Shown one piece after another: positions 40,146 to 48,973 of a stretch of DNA of 64,000 bases. A model generated the notes under the pieces. It saw only the letters and a list, made by a program, of their open reading frames with translations. It ran no database searches and was not told the origin of the DNA. Every line of letters starts with the position of its first letter. Positions within the stretch are counted from its first letter, which is position 1. The DNA comes from an uncultured bacterium (lineage in GTDB: Bacteria; Actinomycetota; Acidimicrobiia; Acidimicrobiales; VFJN01): positions 65,919 to 129,918 of the forward strand of contig CAWEZE010000017.1 in assembly GCA_963813485.1 (NCBI GenBank). The letters are read 5' to 3'. The translations under genes and the position numbers were made by a program.

Positions 40146-40547
40146 CTACGCCTTCCGGCTGCGGCCCGCCGATTCACTGGTCGCGGCCGCCGTCTTCCGG
40201 GCGTCGATCGCGCTGAGCCGCTGGGCGACCAGGTCGGCGAGGCGCTCGTAATCGAGGTCGTCGTCGGCGGCTGCCTGCGATCGCACGCTGAGTCCGTCGG
40301 ACATCTGGCGCACGACGGTCGCGAGCTCGTCCAGCAGGCGCGCATTGGCCCGAATCACGCCGGCGACCGAACGGCCCATCAGGTCGGGGAATCGGTTCGT
40401 GCCCTCCAGCTCGTGCGAAAAAGCCTCGGATGCCTCGGTGAAGCCGTCCACCACACCGCGCGTGAACCGCGTCGGCATGTCCTCGTCCAGGTGCGCTGCA
40501 TACCCTTCGCGAATCGGCTCGCCATCAGGTGCGGTGTTGGTCGACAT
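40146..40547 (-). CDS. Hypothetical protein (acidic, helical; no family recognised)
   Basis: 133-aa ORF with protein-like composition: MSTNTAPDGEPIREGYAAHLDEDMPTRFTRGVVDGFTEASEAFSHELEGTNRFPDLMGRSVAGVIRANARLLDELATVVRQMSDGL…. The competing overlapping ORFs are Arg/Pro-rich shadows. Confidence 0.55.
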   Translation of the reverse strand: MSTNTAPDGEPIREGYAAHLDEDMPTRFTRGVVDGFTEASEAFSHELEGTNRFPDLMGRSVAGVIRANARLLDELATVVRQMSDGLSVRSQAAADDDLDYERLADLVAQRLSAIDARKTAAATSESAGRSRKA

Positions 40548-40754
40548 GCTCGAACCCCCGTCGCGGGTTGGGACCAGGTTTGAGTCAAGAAGCGACCCGG
40601 CGTCTGCACATCGCCCACACCGGGTGATTCCGAACGATAACCGACCTCACCATGCGGTCCGGATGACACTGAGCGTCCCTCATCCGGATCGGGTGATGTC
40701 AGCGTCTTCCTCGTGCGGCACCATCCCTCTGTTCACAGGCCCAAGGAGGCTTAA

Positions 40755-41144
40755 GTGGAATCTGTGCGAATTCGCAGCGGTTGGGTGACGTTCGCAGCGA
40801 TCGTCGCCGGCGTGCTGGGGGTATTCAACATCTTGAGCGGCATCGCCGCCATAGCGGAGGACGACCAGACCGAGGCGCTGCACGAGGTGCTCTTCGGCGT
40901 CAACATCACGGCGTGGGGATGGTTCTGGCTCATCCTCGGGGTGCTGCAGGTCATCACGGCGTGGCTGATCTACCAGCGATCCGTGGTCGGCCAGACGCTC
41001 GGGCTCATATGGGCGTTCGTCATTGCGTCGCTCTCGGTGTTCATGATCTTCGTCGCTCCGATCTGGGCCCTCGTTGTCATGGGACTCAGCGTCACCGTGA
41101 TCTGGGCGCTCACGGCGTTCCCCGAGGACTTCGGCGAAGCCTGA
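40755..41144 (+). CDS. DUF7144 family membrane protein
   Basis: GTG 40755 lies 6 nt after AAGGAGG. The product has four TM helices and the conserved W/G pattern: …GWVTFAAIVAGVLGVFNILSGIAAIAEDD…ITAWGWFWLILGVLQVITAWLIYQRSVVGQTLGLIWAFVIASLSVFMIFVAPIWALVVMGLSV…. Confidence 0.8.
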   Translation: MESVRIRSGWVTFAAIVAGVLGVFNILSGIAAIAEDDQTEALHEVLFGVNITAWGWFWLILGVLQVITAWLIYQRSVVGQTLGLIWAFVIASLSVFMIFVAPIWALVVMGLSVTVIWALTAFPEDFGEA

Positions 41145-41460
41145 CGTAGCGGTCACACGCCAGGGTTGCCATCGGGCTTCCCGTCCGCTGGTGGGCAACT
41201 AGGTGGGTCTCCGGGCCCACCTAGTTGCCGCTCGGATGCATCGCGATCAGGAGATCGTCGCGGCAGCGGGCGAATCGTCCACTGTGGGCGATGCGCGGAC
41301 GGCGGGTGTCCTGCTGACTGGCAATCGAGGCGGCACGCTCGAGAGGAGTGCAGGATGGCCGTGGGCCCGGCGACTGCGTGGACGAACGCGCTCGATGCGC
41401 TCAACTGCTCGTCGAGCTCGTGATCGTGCGCCATGTGTCCCGAGCCGGGAGAGGCAGGCC

Positions 41461-41802
41461 GTGAGGGCTGAGCACGAGGATCTCCTGCGGAAACTGGCCC
41501 TCAACGACGAGGGCGCCCTGGCGTCGCTGCTCGGTGCCGGGTTCGCCGATGCCGAGCCGGGCGGGCTGGATGCCAAGACGACTGCGCTGGTACGACTCGC
41601 CGGGCTCGTAGCGGTCGAGTCCGCGCCCGCCAGCTACCAATGGAGCGTCACACGTGCCCTGGCGGCCGGGGCCAGCGACGCCGAGGTGGTGGCGGTGCTG
41701 GTGGCGCTGGCGCCCATCGTGGGCAGCGTGCGCGTGAACTCGGCGGCCCCCGAGGTGGCGCTCGCCATCGGCTGCGACCTCGACCTGCTGAGCGATGGGT
41801 GA
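41461..41802 (+). CDS. Carboxymuconolactone-decarboxylase (AhpD-like) family protein
   Basis: GTG 41461 follows GGGAGAGG. 113 aa: MRAEHEDLLRKLALNDEGAL…LDAKTTALVRLAGLVAVESAPASYQWSVTRALAAGASDAEVVAVLVALAPIVGSVRV…. The long 5' part of the track ORF (from 41203) is not coding-like. Confidence 0.65.
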   Translation: MRAEHEDLLRKLALNDEGALASLLGAGFADAEPGGLDAKTTALVRLAGLVAVESAPASYQWSVTRALAAGASDAEVVAVLVALAPIVGSVRVNSAAPEVALAIGCDLDLLSDG

Positions 41803-41852
41803 ACACCCAGTGAACGGCCGCTGAACGCGCTGCGTGCCCGGACCAGCGTCCT

Positions 41853-44165
41853 TTGAAGCGGGGTGGTGCCCGACTTAGCCTCATTCGGGTGGGCGTTGTC
41901 GAATCCCCCGGCGCACCGGCCGCGCAGTCCGACGCGACGAGCTGGTTCGGGCCGTCGTACCTGCTCGAGGAGTCCAAGCTCCGACCACCGTCGTCGCGGC
42001 CGGGCACGGTGCGTCGCACCGCGCTGGTGGATCGCCTGCTCGCCTCTTCCGAGGTTCCGGTGGTGTCGATCGCGGCCCCGCCCGGCTACGGCAAGTCGGC
42101 GCTCCTGAGCCAGTGGGCCGAGGACACGCCGCGTCGCGTGGCGTGGGTCTCGATCGAGGCAGAGGACAACGACCCAGCCGTCCTGCTGGCCTACATCGCG
42201 GCGGCGCTGGATCGGATCCAGCCGATCGACATCGACATCCTCCGCACGCGGGCGCCGCCGGGCACGTCGGTGGCCGCCACGGTCGCCCGTCGCGTCGCCG
42301 CCACGATGTCGGGGATGGTCGATCCGGTGACCTTGGTCCTCGACCACACGGAGCTGCTCCACAACCACCAGTGCCGTGATGCCATCGCCGAGCTCGCGAT
42401 CCACGTTCCCCCCACCGGGCAACTCGTGGTCGCGTCCCGGGGCGTCCCGCCGGTCCCCTTGGCGCGTCTGCGCGCCCAGGGTGCGGTCTTGGAGATCGGC
42501 GTCGACGATCTGGCGATGGACGAGGGGGAGGCGCACCTGCTGCTCGATGGCGCTGGAGTCGGTTTGGCGCAGGCGGAGGTGGCCGAGCTCGTCGGGCACA
42601 CCGAGGGGTGGCCGGTCGGCCTGTACCTCGCCGCGCTGGCTCACAAGTCCGGAACTGGGCGCCGCACCGGCGGGTTCGCCTTCAGCGGGGACGACCGCCT
42701 GATGGCCGACTACCTGCGCACGGAGCTGCTGTCGCGCGTCTCGCGTGGCCGGGTGTCCTTCCTGACCCGAACGTCGGTGCTCGAACGCATGTGCGGTCCC
42801 CTCTGCGACGCCCTCGTGGACGGAACACGTTCGGGTCGAATCCTGGAGGCGTTGGAGGGCTCCAACCTGCTGCTCGTGCCACTCGATCGCCGGCGCGAGT
42901 GGTACCGGTACCACAGGCTGTTCCAGCAGCTCCTTCGTGTCGAGCTGGGCCAGCGCGAAGCCGATGTCGTCGCCCAGCTCCATGCCCGCGCCGCCGCGTG
43001 GTACGAGTCGAACGGCCTTCCGGAGATGGCGATCACCCACGCCCAAGCCGGGGGCGACGCCGACCAGGTCGCTCGCTTGGTCACCGCCCGAACGCTGGTC
43101 GCCTATGGCGGGGGCCGTCTCGAGACGGTCGATCGGTGGTTTCAGTGGTTCGACGACCACGACCTGATCGATCGCTATCCATCGGTTGCGGTGCTCGGCG
43201 CCGTGTTGCGGGCGGTCATGGGACAGTCGGCCGCCGCCGAGCGGTGGGCGGCGGTGGCTGAACGAGCATCGGCCACCGAGACGCTCCCCGACGGCAGCTC
43301 GCTGGAAAGCTGGCAGGCACAGCTCCGCGCCTTCCTGTGTCGCCAGGGCGTGGGCCAGATGCGGCGGGACGCCGAGATCGCACGCCGCGGTCTTGCCCCC
43401 GGTAGCCAGTGGCGCGCGTCGGCGCTGGCGCTCGAGGGGATCTCGTGGCTGCTCGACGGCGAGCCCGAGCGTGCCGATCCGATCCTTGCCCAGGCGGTGG
43501 CGGTCGGGCTCGACACGCAAGCGTTGCCTGCGACGGCCGCCGCGCTCGCCGAACGCGCCATCGTGGCCATCGGGCGCGAAGACTGGGCCGATGCCGAGAC
43601 GATGGCGGAGCAGGGCCTCGCCATCCTGCGGGACGGACATCTCGACGACTACGGGCCGGGCGCGATCGTCCATGCCCTCGTGGCACGGACCGCAGCACAC
43701 CGCGGCGACGTTTCCCAGGCGCGGGAGAGCCTCGGGCAGGCCGCCCGGCTCCGGCCGCAGCTCACGTACGCGGTGCCGTTCCTCGCGGTCCAGACGCTGG
43801 TCGAGCTCGCGCGTGCCTATCTGGCGCTCGCGGACCCAGCGGGTGCCAGGGTGGTGTTGCGAGAGGCAAGTGCCATCCTGCGGCTCCGTCCCGATCTCGG
43901 AAGCCTCCCCCGGGAGGCCGACGAGTTGAGCTCGACGATCGACACGCTCCGGGTGGGGTCCGTGGGAGCGTCGTCGCTCACCGCGGCGGAGCTGCGCCTG
44001 GTTCCTCTCCTGTCCACCCACCTCTCGTTCCGCGAGATCGGGGAGCGCCTGTACGTCTCCCGGCACACGGTGAAGACCCAGGCGATCTCCATCTACCGCA
44101 AGCTCGGCGTCTCGTCCCGCAGTGAAGCCATCGACCGCGTCCTGGAGATCGGCCTGCTCGCCTAG
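41853..44165 (+). CDS. MalT/LAL-like LuxR-family regulator (P-loop NTPase + helical repeats + LuxR HTH), paralog A
   Basis: 770 aa, uninterrupted. Walker A region is VVSIAAPPGYGKSALLSQWAE, followed by …VLDHTELLHN… and EGWPVGLYLAALA. The C-terminal HTH is LTAAELRLVPLLSTHLSFREIGERLYVSRHTVKTQAISIYRKLGVSSRSEAIDRVLEIGLL. Confidence 0.9.
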   Translation: MKRGGARLSLIRVGVVESPGAPAAQSDATSWFGPSYLLEESKLRPPSSRPGTVRRTALVDRLLASSEVPVVSIAAPPGYGKSALLSQWAEDTPRRVAWVSIEAEDNDPAVLLAYIAAALDRIQPIDIDILRTRAPPGTSVAATVARRVAATMSGMVDPVTLVLDHTELLHNHQCRDAIAELAIHVPPTGQLVVASRGVPPVPLARLRAQGAVLEIGVDDLAMDEGEAHLLLDGAGVGLAQAEVAELVGHTEGWPVGLYLAALAHKSGTGRRTGGFAFSGDDRLMADYLRTELLSRVSRGRVSFLTRTSVLERMCGPLCDALVDGTRSGRILEALEGSNLLLVPLDRRREWYRYHRLFQQLLRVELGQREADVVAQLHARAAAWYESNGLPEMAITHAQAGGDADQVARLVTARTLVAYGGGRLETVDRWFQWFDDHDLIDRYPSVAVLGAVLRAVMGQSAAAERWAAVAERASATETLPDGSSLESWQAQLRAFLCRQGVGQMRRDAEIARRGLAPGSQWRASALALEGISWLLDGEPERADPILAQAVAVGLDTQALPATAAALAERAIVAIGREDWADAETMAEQGLAILRDGHLDDYGPGAIVHALVARTAAHRGDVSQARESLGQAARLRPQLTYAVPFLAVQTLVELARAYLALADPAGARVVLREASAILRLRPDLGSLPREADELSSTIDTLRVGSVGASSLTAAELRLVPLLSTHLSFREIGERLYVSRHTVKTQAISIYRKLGVSSRSEAIDRVLEIGLLA

Positions 44166-44261
44166 CGCCGGCACACCGTTTCATCCCTTCGGGGCGATGT
44201 GACCGGGGCACTCCCACGGTGTCGGATGGACGGGTGAGCGCACGACGCGATCGGCGCGGTC

Positions 44262-44622
44262 AGGCCCGCACGGCTTGGAGGAGAAGACCGCCGCTCTGGC
44301 TCGTCTCGCCGCTCTGGTGGCGCTCCGTGCGGCACCCCCTCGTACCGGCGCTGCGTGGAACGCGCCTTGGCTGCCGGGGCAAGCGTCGACGACATGATCG
44401 ACACCTTGAAGGTCGTCGCCCCCAGCGTCGGGCTCGCTCGGGTGGTCGTCGGCGGCGCCTGGACTGGCGCTGGCGCTCGGCTACGACATCGACAGTGCGC
44501 TCGAGACGTTGGACCCTCCTCGGGCGGACGCCGCAGCGCTCTCCGCTGTCAGCGGCGATGGGCCCGATCGGCTGGACGCTACCGACGATCCTGCGGATGC
44601 CATGGGGGAACCGGGTCTCTGA
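44262..44622 (+). pseudogene. AhpD/CMD-like paralog of 41461-41802, 5'-truncated and twice frameshifted
   Basis: The pieces lie in three frames: LEEKTAALARLAALVALRAAPP / SYRRCVERALAAGASVDDMIDTLKVVAPSVGLARVV / AAPGLALALGYDIDSALETLDPP…GEPGL* (stop 44620-44622). They are collinear with residues ~38-113 of the intact copy. There is no N-terminal part and no start codon. Confidence 0.6.
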
Positions 44623-44635
44623 GCCGCCAGCCGTT

Positions 44636-45367
44636 TCACTCGTCGCCGGCGCTGTCCGCGCCCGGAGACGGGTCCCGCCAGCCCCTTGGTCGCCAGGCCG
44701 TCACGATCTTCCCCACCGCGGTGATCAGGAAGAGCTGGCCGGCGAGGGCCTCGAGGACGGCCAGGCTCTGGCCGGGGTTTACGGCGGGGACCAGGTTGCC
44801 GTAGCCGGTCGTCGTGAGCGTGATGAAGCTGAAGAACAGGTCCTGGCTCATCGTCCCCTCGCCGTCGGCTCCGAAGAACGGGCCGCCCTGCACGGAGCCC
44901 AGGAACCGGTATGTGAATGCGAAGGCCATGCCGATGAAGAGGTAGGCGGCCAGCGCGCCCAGCATGGTCTCCTGGTCGACCTCTCGGCGATACCCGATGT
45001 GCCGCACGATCGAGACCGGTGCCACGACGTACAGGGCGCTCGAGGAGATGAAAACGAACGAGCCGAGAGTCGTTTGGTCGGAGAACAGAGCCACCACCGC
45101 GCCCACGGCCGCCACGACGAAGAGCGCGTTCGCGACTGCGAGAAATCCTCGACGGGACTGCGAGGTGTGCAGCGCCAGCCGCACCGTGGCGATCTGGACG
45201 AACAGCACGATCGATGCGCCCCGACGCGCCGACAACGTCGCCGCCAGGACGTACGTCGCGATGATCATCAACAGGACCAGCCCGTAGCTGTCGGCCGAGC
45301 GGAACGAACGCAGCAGACGGCGGAGAGCGCGGGCCTCCCGTTCCTTTTCCACGGCGTCATCGGTCAA
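44636..45367 (-). CDS. Two-TM-type potassium channel family protein
   Basis: 243 aa, intact. It has several TM helices and the K+ selectivity-filter signature in …LFFSFITLTTTGYGNLVP…. Confidence 0.85.
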   Translation of the reverse strand: MTDDAVEKEREARALRRLLRSFRSADSYGLVLLMIIATYVLAATLSARRGASIVLFVQIATVRLALHTSQSRRGFLAVANALFVVAAVGAVVALFSDQTTLGSFVFISSSALYVVAPVSIVRHIGYRREVDQETMLGALAAYLFIGMAFAFTYRFLGSVQGGPFFGADGEGTMSQDLFFSFITLTTTGYGNLVPAVNPGQSLAVLEALAGQLFLITAVGKIVTAWRPRGWRDPSPGADSAGDE

Positions 45368-45398
45368 CTTGGGCCCCTGACTTCGTTCGATGGCTGGG

Positions 45399-47678
45399 CT
45401 ACGCGTGTGCCAGGAGACCGAGCTCGTGCATGCGCGTGATCGCTTCGCTGCGGGACGAGACGCCGAGCTTGCGGTAGACGGAGATCGCCTGCGTCTTCAC
45501 CGTGTGCCGGGAGACGTACAGGCGGTCTCCAATCTCCCGGAATGTGAGGTGGGTCTGGAGGAGGGGCAGGAGCCGTAGCTCGGCCGTCGTGAGTGACGAC
45601 GCTCCCGGGGGGCCTCCCCGGATGGTGTCGAGCTTCAGCCGTAGCTCCTCGGCCCGCTGCGGCAGGACCCCGAGGCGGGGCCGCTGCTGGAGTATGTCGT
45701 TGATCTGCCTGAGGACGGCACGGCCGCCCGCGGGATCTGCGAGGGCGACGTACACGCGTCCCATCTCGAGGAGAGCCTGGACCGACACCACCGGTAGGGC
45801 GTAGGTGAGCAGGCGCCTCAGGCGGGCGGCCCGTGCGACGTGCTCTCGCCCTCGCACGACGTCGCCACGGTGCAAGGCGACGCGAGCCATCCAGGCGTAG
45901 ACCAGAGCACTGGTCCAGTAGTCGTCGAAGTGGCCCTCCCGCATGACCGCCGCCGCCTGGTCCGCGAAGGCCTCGGCCTCGTCCCAGTGATCTCGCTCCA
46001 TGGCGAGGATGCCGCGCGTCGCGAGCACGACGGGAACGAAGGGTTGGACGCGTGCGGCCGTGGTGGCGTCGAGCGCGTGGGCGAGGATCGCCTCGGCCCG
46101 GTCGAGGTCTCCGTCCAGCAGATGGGACACGCCCTCGGTGTAGACCATCGTCGCCCGGTAGGGACTCGCAGGGCTGAGCCCGTTCAACGCGATCTGCGCG
46201 TCGCGTCGCATGGCGTCGACGCCGTCGCGGCCCAGGAGCGCCCGAAGGTACGCAACGGTCCCGTCCACCGTGTTTCCGTCGTCGAGCGTCCCTCCGGACG
46301 GTGCGCGTTCGGCCGCCACCGCCCACCGCTCGGTCTCCCCTGGCTGGCCCATCAGCGCGAACATCAGTGCACCGTGCACCGCGATTCCCGGGTAGCGCCC
46401 CACCAGCCCCTGGTCCTCGAACCACTTCATCCAGCGCAACACGGTGTCGGCCCTGCCGCTCGCCCACACGGGGTTGGCGACGTTCAGGACCACGCGGGCA
46501 ACACGATCGGCGTCGCCTGCCGCCTGGGCGTGCTCGATGGCGGTCTCCGGCATGCCGTTCGCCTCGCACCACGCCGCCGCCCGGAGGTGGAGCTCGGGAA
46601 CGAGCTCCGGCTCGCGCCGCCGCAGCTCGGTCGACAACAGCTCGCGGAAGAGATGGTGATAGCGGTACCACTCGCGGCGATGGTCCAGCGGCATCACCAG
46701 GAGGTTCCGCCCCTCCAGCTTCTCCAGGGCGTGGCCCGATCCCGTCGCTCCCAGGGTGGCATCGCAGAGCGGGCCGGACATGGCGTCGAGGATCGACGTG
46801 CGCGTCAAGAACGTCGCCTCCGCGGGCGAGACCCGATCCAGGATCTCGGAGCGCAGGTAGTCGCCCATGAACCGGTCGTCGCCGGTGAACGTCAGCTCCA
46901 CCTCCGTGTGCGGACTGCCCACCGTCATCGCCAGCGCCGCGAGGTATAGGCCGACAGGCCAGCCCTCTGTCCGCTGTACCAGCTCACGCAGATCTTCGTC
47001 GACGAGCTCGACCCCTGCACCCTGGAGCAGCGCCGGCGCCTCCCCCTCGCTGATCGCGAGGTCGTCGACGCCGATCTCCACGATGCCGCCCTGGGCGCGC
47101 AGGCGTGCCGTGGGCAGGGGAAGCTCGTAACGCGAGCCGACTGCGAGTTGCGATCCGGCCGGGAGGCCGAGCGCGAACTGGGCGATCGCGTCCAGGCACG
47201 CGCGATTGGTGATCACCTCGAAGTGGTCGAGGACCAGCGAAAGGGGCTGGCCGAGTGCGGCGATGGCCGACACCAGCAGGGGCGGTGCCGAGATCGCGGC
47301 AGCGGGGGAGGCGAGCGCCCGGAAGACCGCCGGGTTGATCCGCTCGATGCGGTCGATCGCCACTGCGATGTACGTCAACAGGACCGCAGGATCGTTGTCG
47401 CGGTCGTCGGCGGACACCCATCCCGCTCGCGGCTGCCTGCGCTCGGCCCACTGCGACAGCACGGTCGTCTTGCCGTAGCCCGGCGGGGCGACCACGGCGA
47501 TGACCGGCGGGGCGTAGGCAGCGGCCAGCCGGTCGACCAGGGCGGTACGGGACACGATCCCGGGACGGGCCACAGGCGCGTGGAGCTTCGGCTCCGACAG
47601 CTCGAACGCGGGCTTCGGCGAAGGACGGTCGGATCGTCCCGAGATCCCGGGATCCCGGCCCGGCGCCCTCGTTGACAC
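45399..47678 (-). CDS. MalT/LAL-like LuxR-family regulator, paralog B
   Basis: Uninterrupted. From in-frame GTG 47678: …PKLHAPVARPGIVSRTALVDRLAAAYAPPVIAVVAPPGYGKTTVLSQWAE…EGWPVGLYLAALA…LTTAELRLLPLLQTHLTFREIGDRLYVSRHTVKTQAISVYRKLGVSSRSEAITRMHELGLL. It is collinear with paralog A. The start is chosen by alignment to paralog A; the track ORF extends a further 336 nt. Confidence 0.88.
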   Translation of the reverse strand: MSTRAPGRDPGISGRSDRPSPKPAFELSEPKLHAPVARPGIVSRTALVDRLAAAYAPPVIAVVAPPGYGKTTVLSQWAERRQPRAGWVSADDRDNDPAVLLTYIAVAIDRIERINPAVFRALASPAAAISAPPLLVSAIAALGQPLSLVLDHFEVITNRACLDAIAQFALGLPAGSQLAVGSRYELPLPTARLRAQGGIVEIGVDDLAISEGEAPALLQGAGVELVDEDLRELVQRTEGWPVGLYLAALAMTVGSPHTEVELTFTGDDRFMGDYLRSEILDRVSPAEATFLTRTSILDAMSGPLCDATLGATGSGHALEKLEGRNLLVMPLDHRREWYRYHHLFRELLSTELRRREPELVPELHLRAAAWCEANGMPETAIEHAQAAGDADRVARVVLNVANPVWASGRADTVLRWMKWFEDQGLVGRYPGIAVHGALMFALMGQPGETERWAVAAERAPSGGTLDDGNTVDGTVAYLRALLGRDGVDAMRRDAQIALNGLSPASPYRATMVYTEGVSHLLDGDLDRAEAILAHALDATTAARVQPFVPVVLATRGILAMERDHWDEAEAFADQAAAVMREGHFDDYWTSALVYAWMARVALHRGDVVRGREHVARAARLRRLLTYALPVVSVQALLEMGRVYVALADPAGGRAVLRQINDILQQRPRLGVLPQRAEELRLKLDTIRGGPPGASSLTTAELRLLPLLQTHLTFREIGDRLYVSRHTVKTQAISVYRKLGVSSRSEAITRMHELGLLAHA

Positions 47679-48028
47679 GCCCAGAGCGTACCGGCCGGTG
47701 CAGCTCACCCAGCGTAAGGGCCGTCCCGCGCACGGGCGACGCGGCGGGCTCAGGCTGTGCGGTAGCAATCGCCGGTTCACCCCCTCGGGGCGATGCGGGC
47801 GGCGGGTCGGCGTGGCTCCATGGACCCGTTCCCCTACGGACGGTCGGTGCCCATGACCGACGACACGATGGCTGGTACGGGCAAGACGGCGGGCGCGACG
47901 CCGGCCTCCCATTCGCTCACCGGGTCCGTGCCCGTCACACGGGCCGGCATCGCCTCCGGGACCGCCGACCTCCAGCGAGACTTCGGCGGTGCGTCGATGG
48001 CCGACACCGCCCAAACGGGTTCGGCGGG

Positions 48029-48736
48029 GTGAGCGACGCCGACGAGTTCGCCCGCGACCCCCCCGAGGGCGGCGATAGCGACACCCGACCAGCCCTCGTC
48101 GGCCACGAGCCTCGCTGGCCCGTCCTCGCCGCCCTGCTCGTGGCGATGGCGCTGCCGTTCCTGATGCCCGCGGACTACAGCCCCGTGGCGCAGTGGCTCC
48201 TGCCGCTCGTCGAGGGTGCGCTCCTCGTGGCCGCTCTCTCGGTCGACCCGGGTGGGATCGACCGGCGGTCCGTGCACGTCCGACGCCTGCGCATCGCCGT
48301 GATCGTGATCATCGTCTTCGGGGCTGCATGGGCGACGAGCTGGCTGGCGGTCGATCTCGTGCAGGGCGAGAACGTGACGGACAGTGCCGGCGAGCTGCTG
48401 GCCGCCGGCTCCCTGGTCTGGATCGACCTGGTCATCGCGTTCGGCTTCCTCTACTGGGAGCTGGACAGCGGCGGCCCGGGCCGGCGAGCCCGCCGGGCGG
48501 CCCGCTATCCCGACCTGGCGTTTCCCCAGCACCTCAGCCCCGACGTCGCCCCGCCCGGCTGGCGGCCGGTCTTCGTCGACTACCTGTACCTCGGCTACAC
48601 CAATGCCATCGCCTTCAGCCCGACCGACGTGATGCCGCTCGCCCACTGGGCCAAGCTGGCGATGGGTCTGGAGTCGGGCGCCTCCCTCGTCATCCTCGGC
48701 CTGGTGATCGCCCGGGCGGTCAACATCCTCGCCTAG
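48029..48736 (+). CDS. DUF1345 domain membrane protein
   Basis: From in-frame GTG 48029: …[19 protein letters not shown]…[18 protein letters not shown]…PDLAFPQ…[57 protein letters not shown]. This is the typical DUF1345 C-terminal pattern. The upstream part of the track ORF is not coding-like. Confidence 0.75.
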   Translation: MSDADEFARDPPEGGDSDTRPALVGHEPRWPVLAALLVAMALPFLMPADYSPVAQWLLPLVEGALLVAALSVDPGGIDRRSVHVRRLRIAVIVIIVFGAAWATSWLAVDLVQGENVTDSAGELLAAGSLVWIDLVIAFGFLYWELDSGGPGRRARRAARYPDLAFPQHLSPDVAPPGWRPVFVDYLYLGYTNAIAFSPTDVMPLAHWAKLAMGLESGASLVILGLVIARAVNILA

Positions 48737-48973
48737 ACGCCTCCGACGGCTCCCGCCGGCTTTCACCCTGTCCGGGCGATGCGCGCGCGGCGCCGGCGCG
48801 ACACGGTTCCTGCGTGAACGCGGGCTCGGACTCCGTAGGCGACGCCACGCCGACCGACGAGGAGGTCGCTCGCCTCGCCGAGGAGCAGGAGCCGCCTCCA
48901 GGCGGAGGTCGACGGCCTGCGTGCCGAACTCGCGACCGCTCCCCGGCGGCGGGCGGTCCGCACGCGGGGCGTC

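Noticed and set aside
40658-40688. Short perfect inverted repeats in intergenic DNA: TCCGGATGA-N13-TCATCCGGA (40658-40688), CTCGTCTC-N11-GAGACGAG (6360-6386), and TGTCG-N9-CGACA just upstream of the ndh RBS (59051-59069). I considered the last as a Rex-like operator.
   Set aside because: Stems of 5-9 bp with loops under 20 nt are expected many times by chance in 64 kb of GC-rich sequence. The ndh site does not match the TTGTGAA-N4-TTCACAA Rex consensus as I recall it. None is followed by a T-tract.
44174-44201. A 28-nt motif, CACCGTTTCATCCCTTCGGGGCGATGTG, lies just after LuxR-A. It recurs with 23/28 identity at 47770-47797, upstream of LuxR-B. I considered it as a shared operator or small hairpin.
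   Set aside because: A rough estimate with this base composition predicts tens of 23/28 matches in a 64-kb window by chance. The two copies also occupy different positions relative to their genes. It is not significant without more copies or comparative support.
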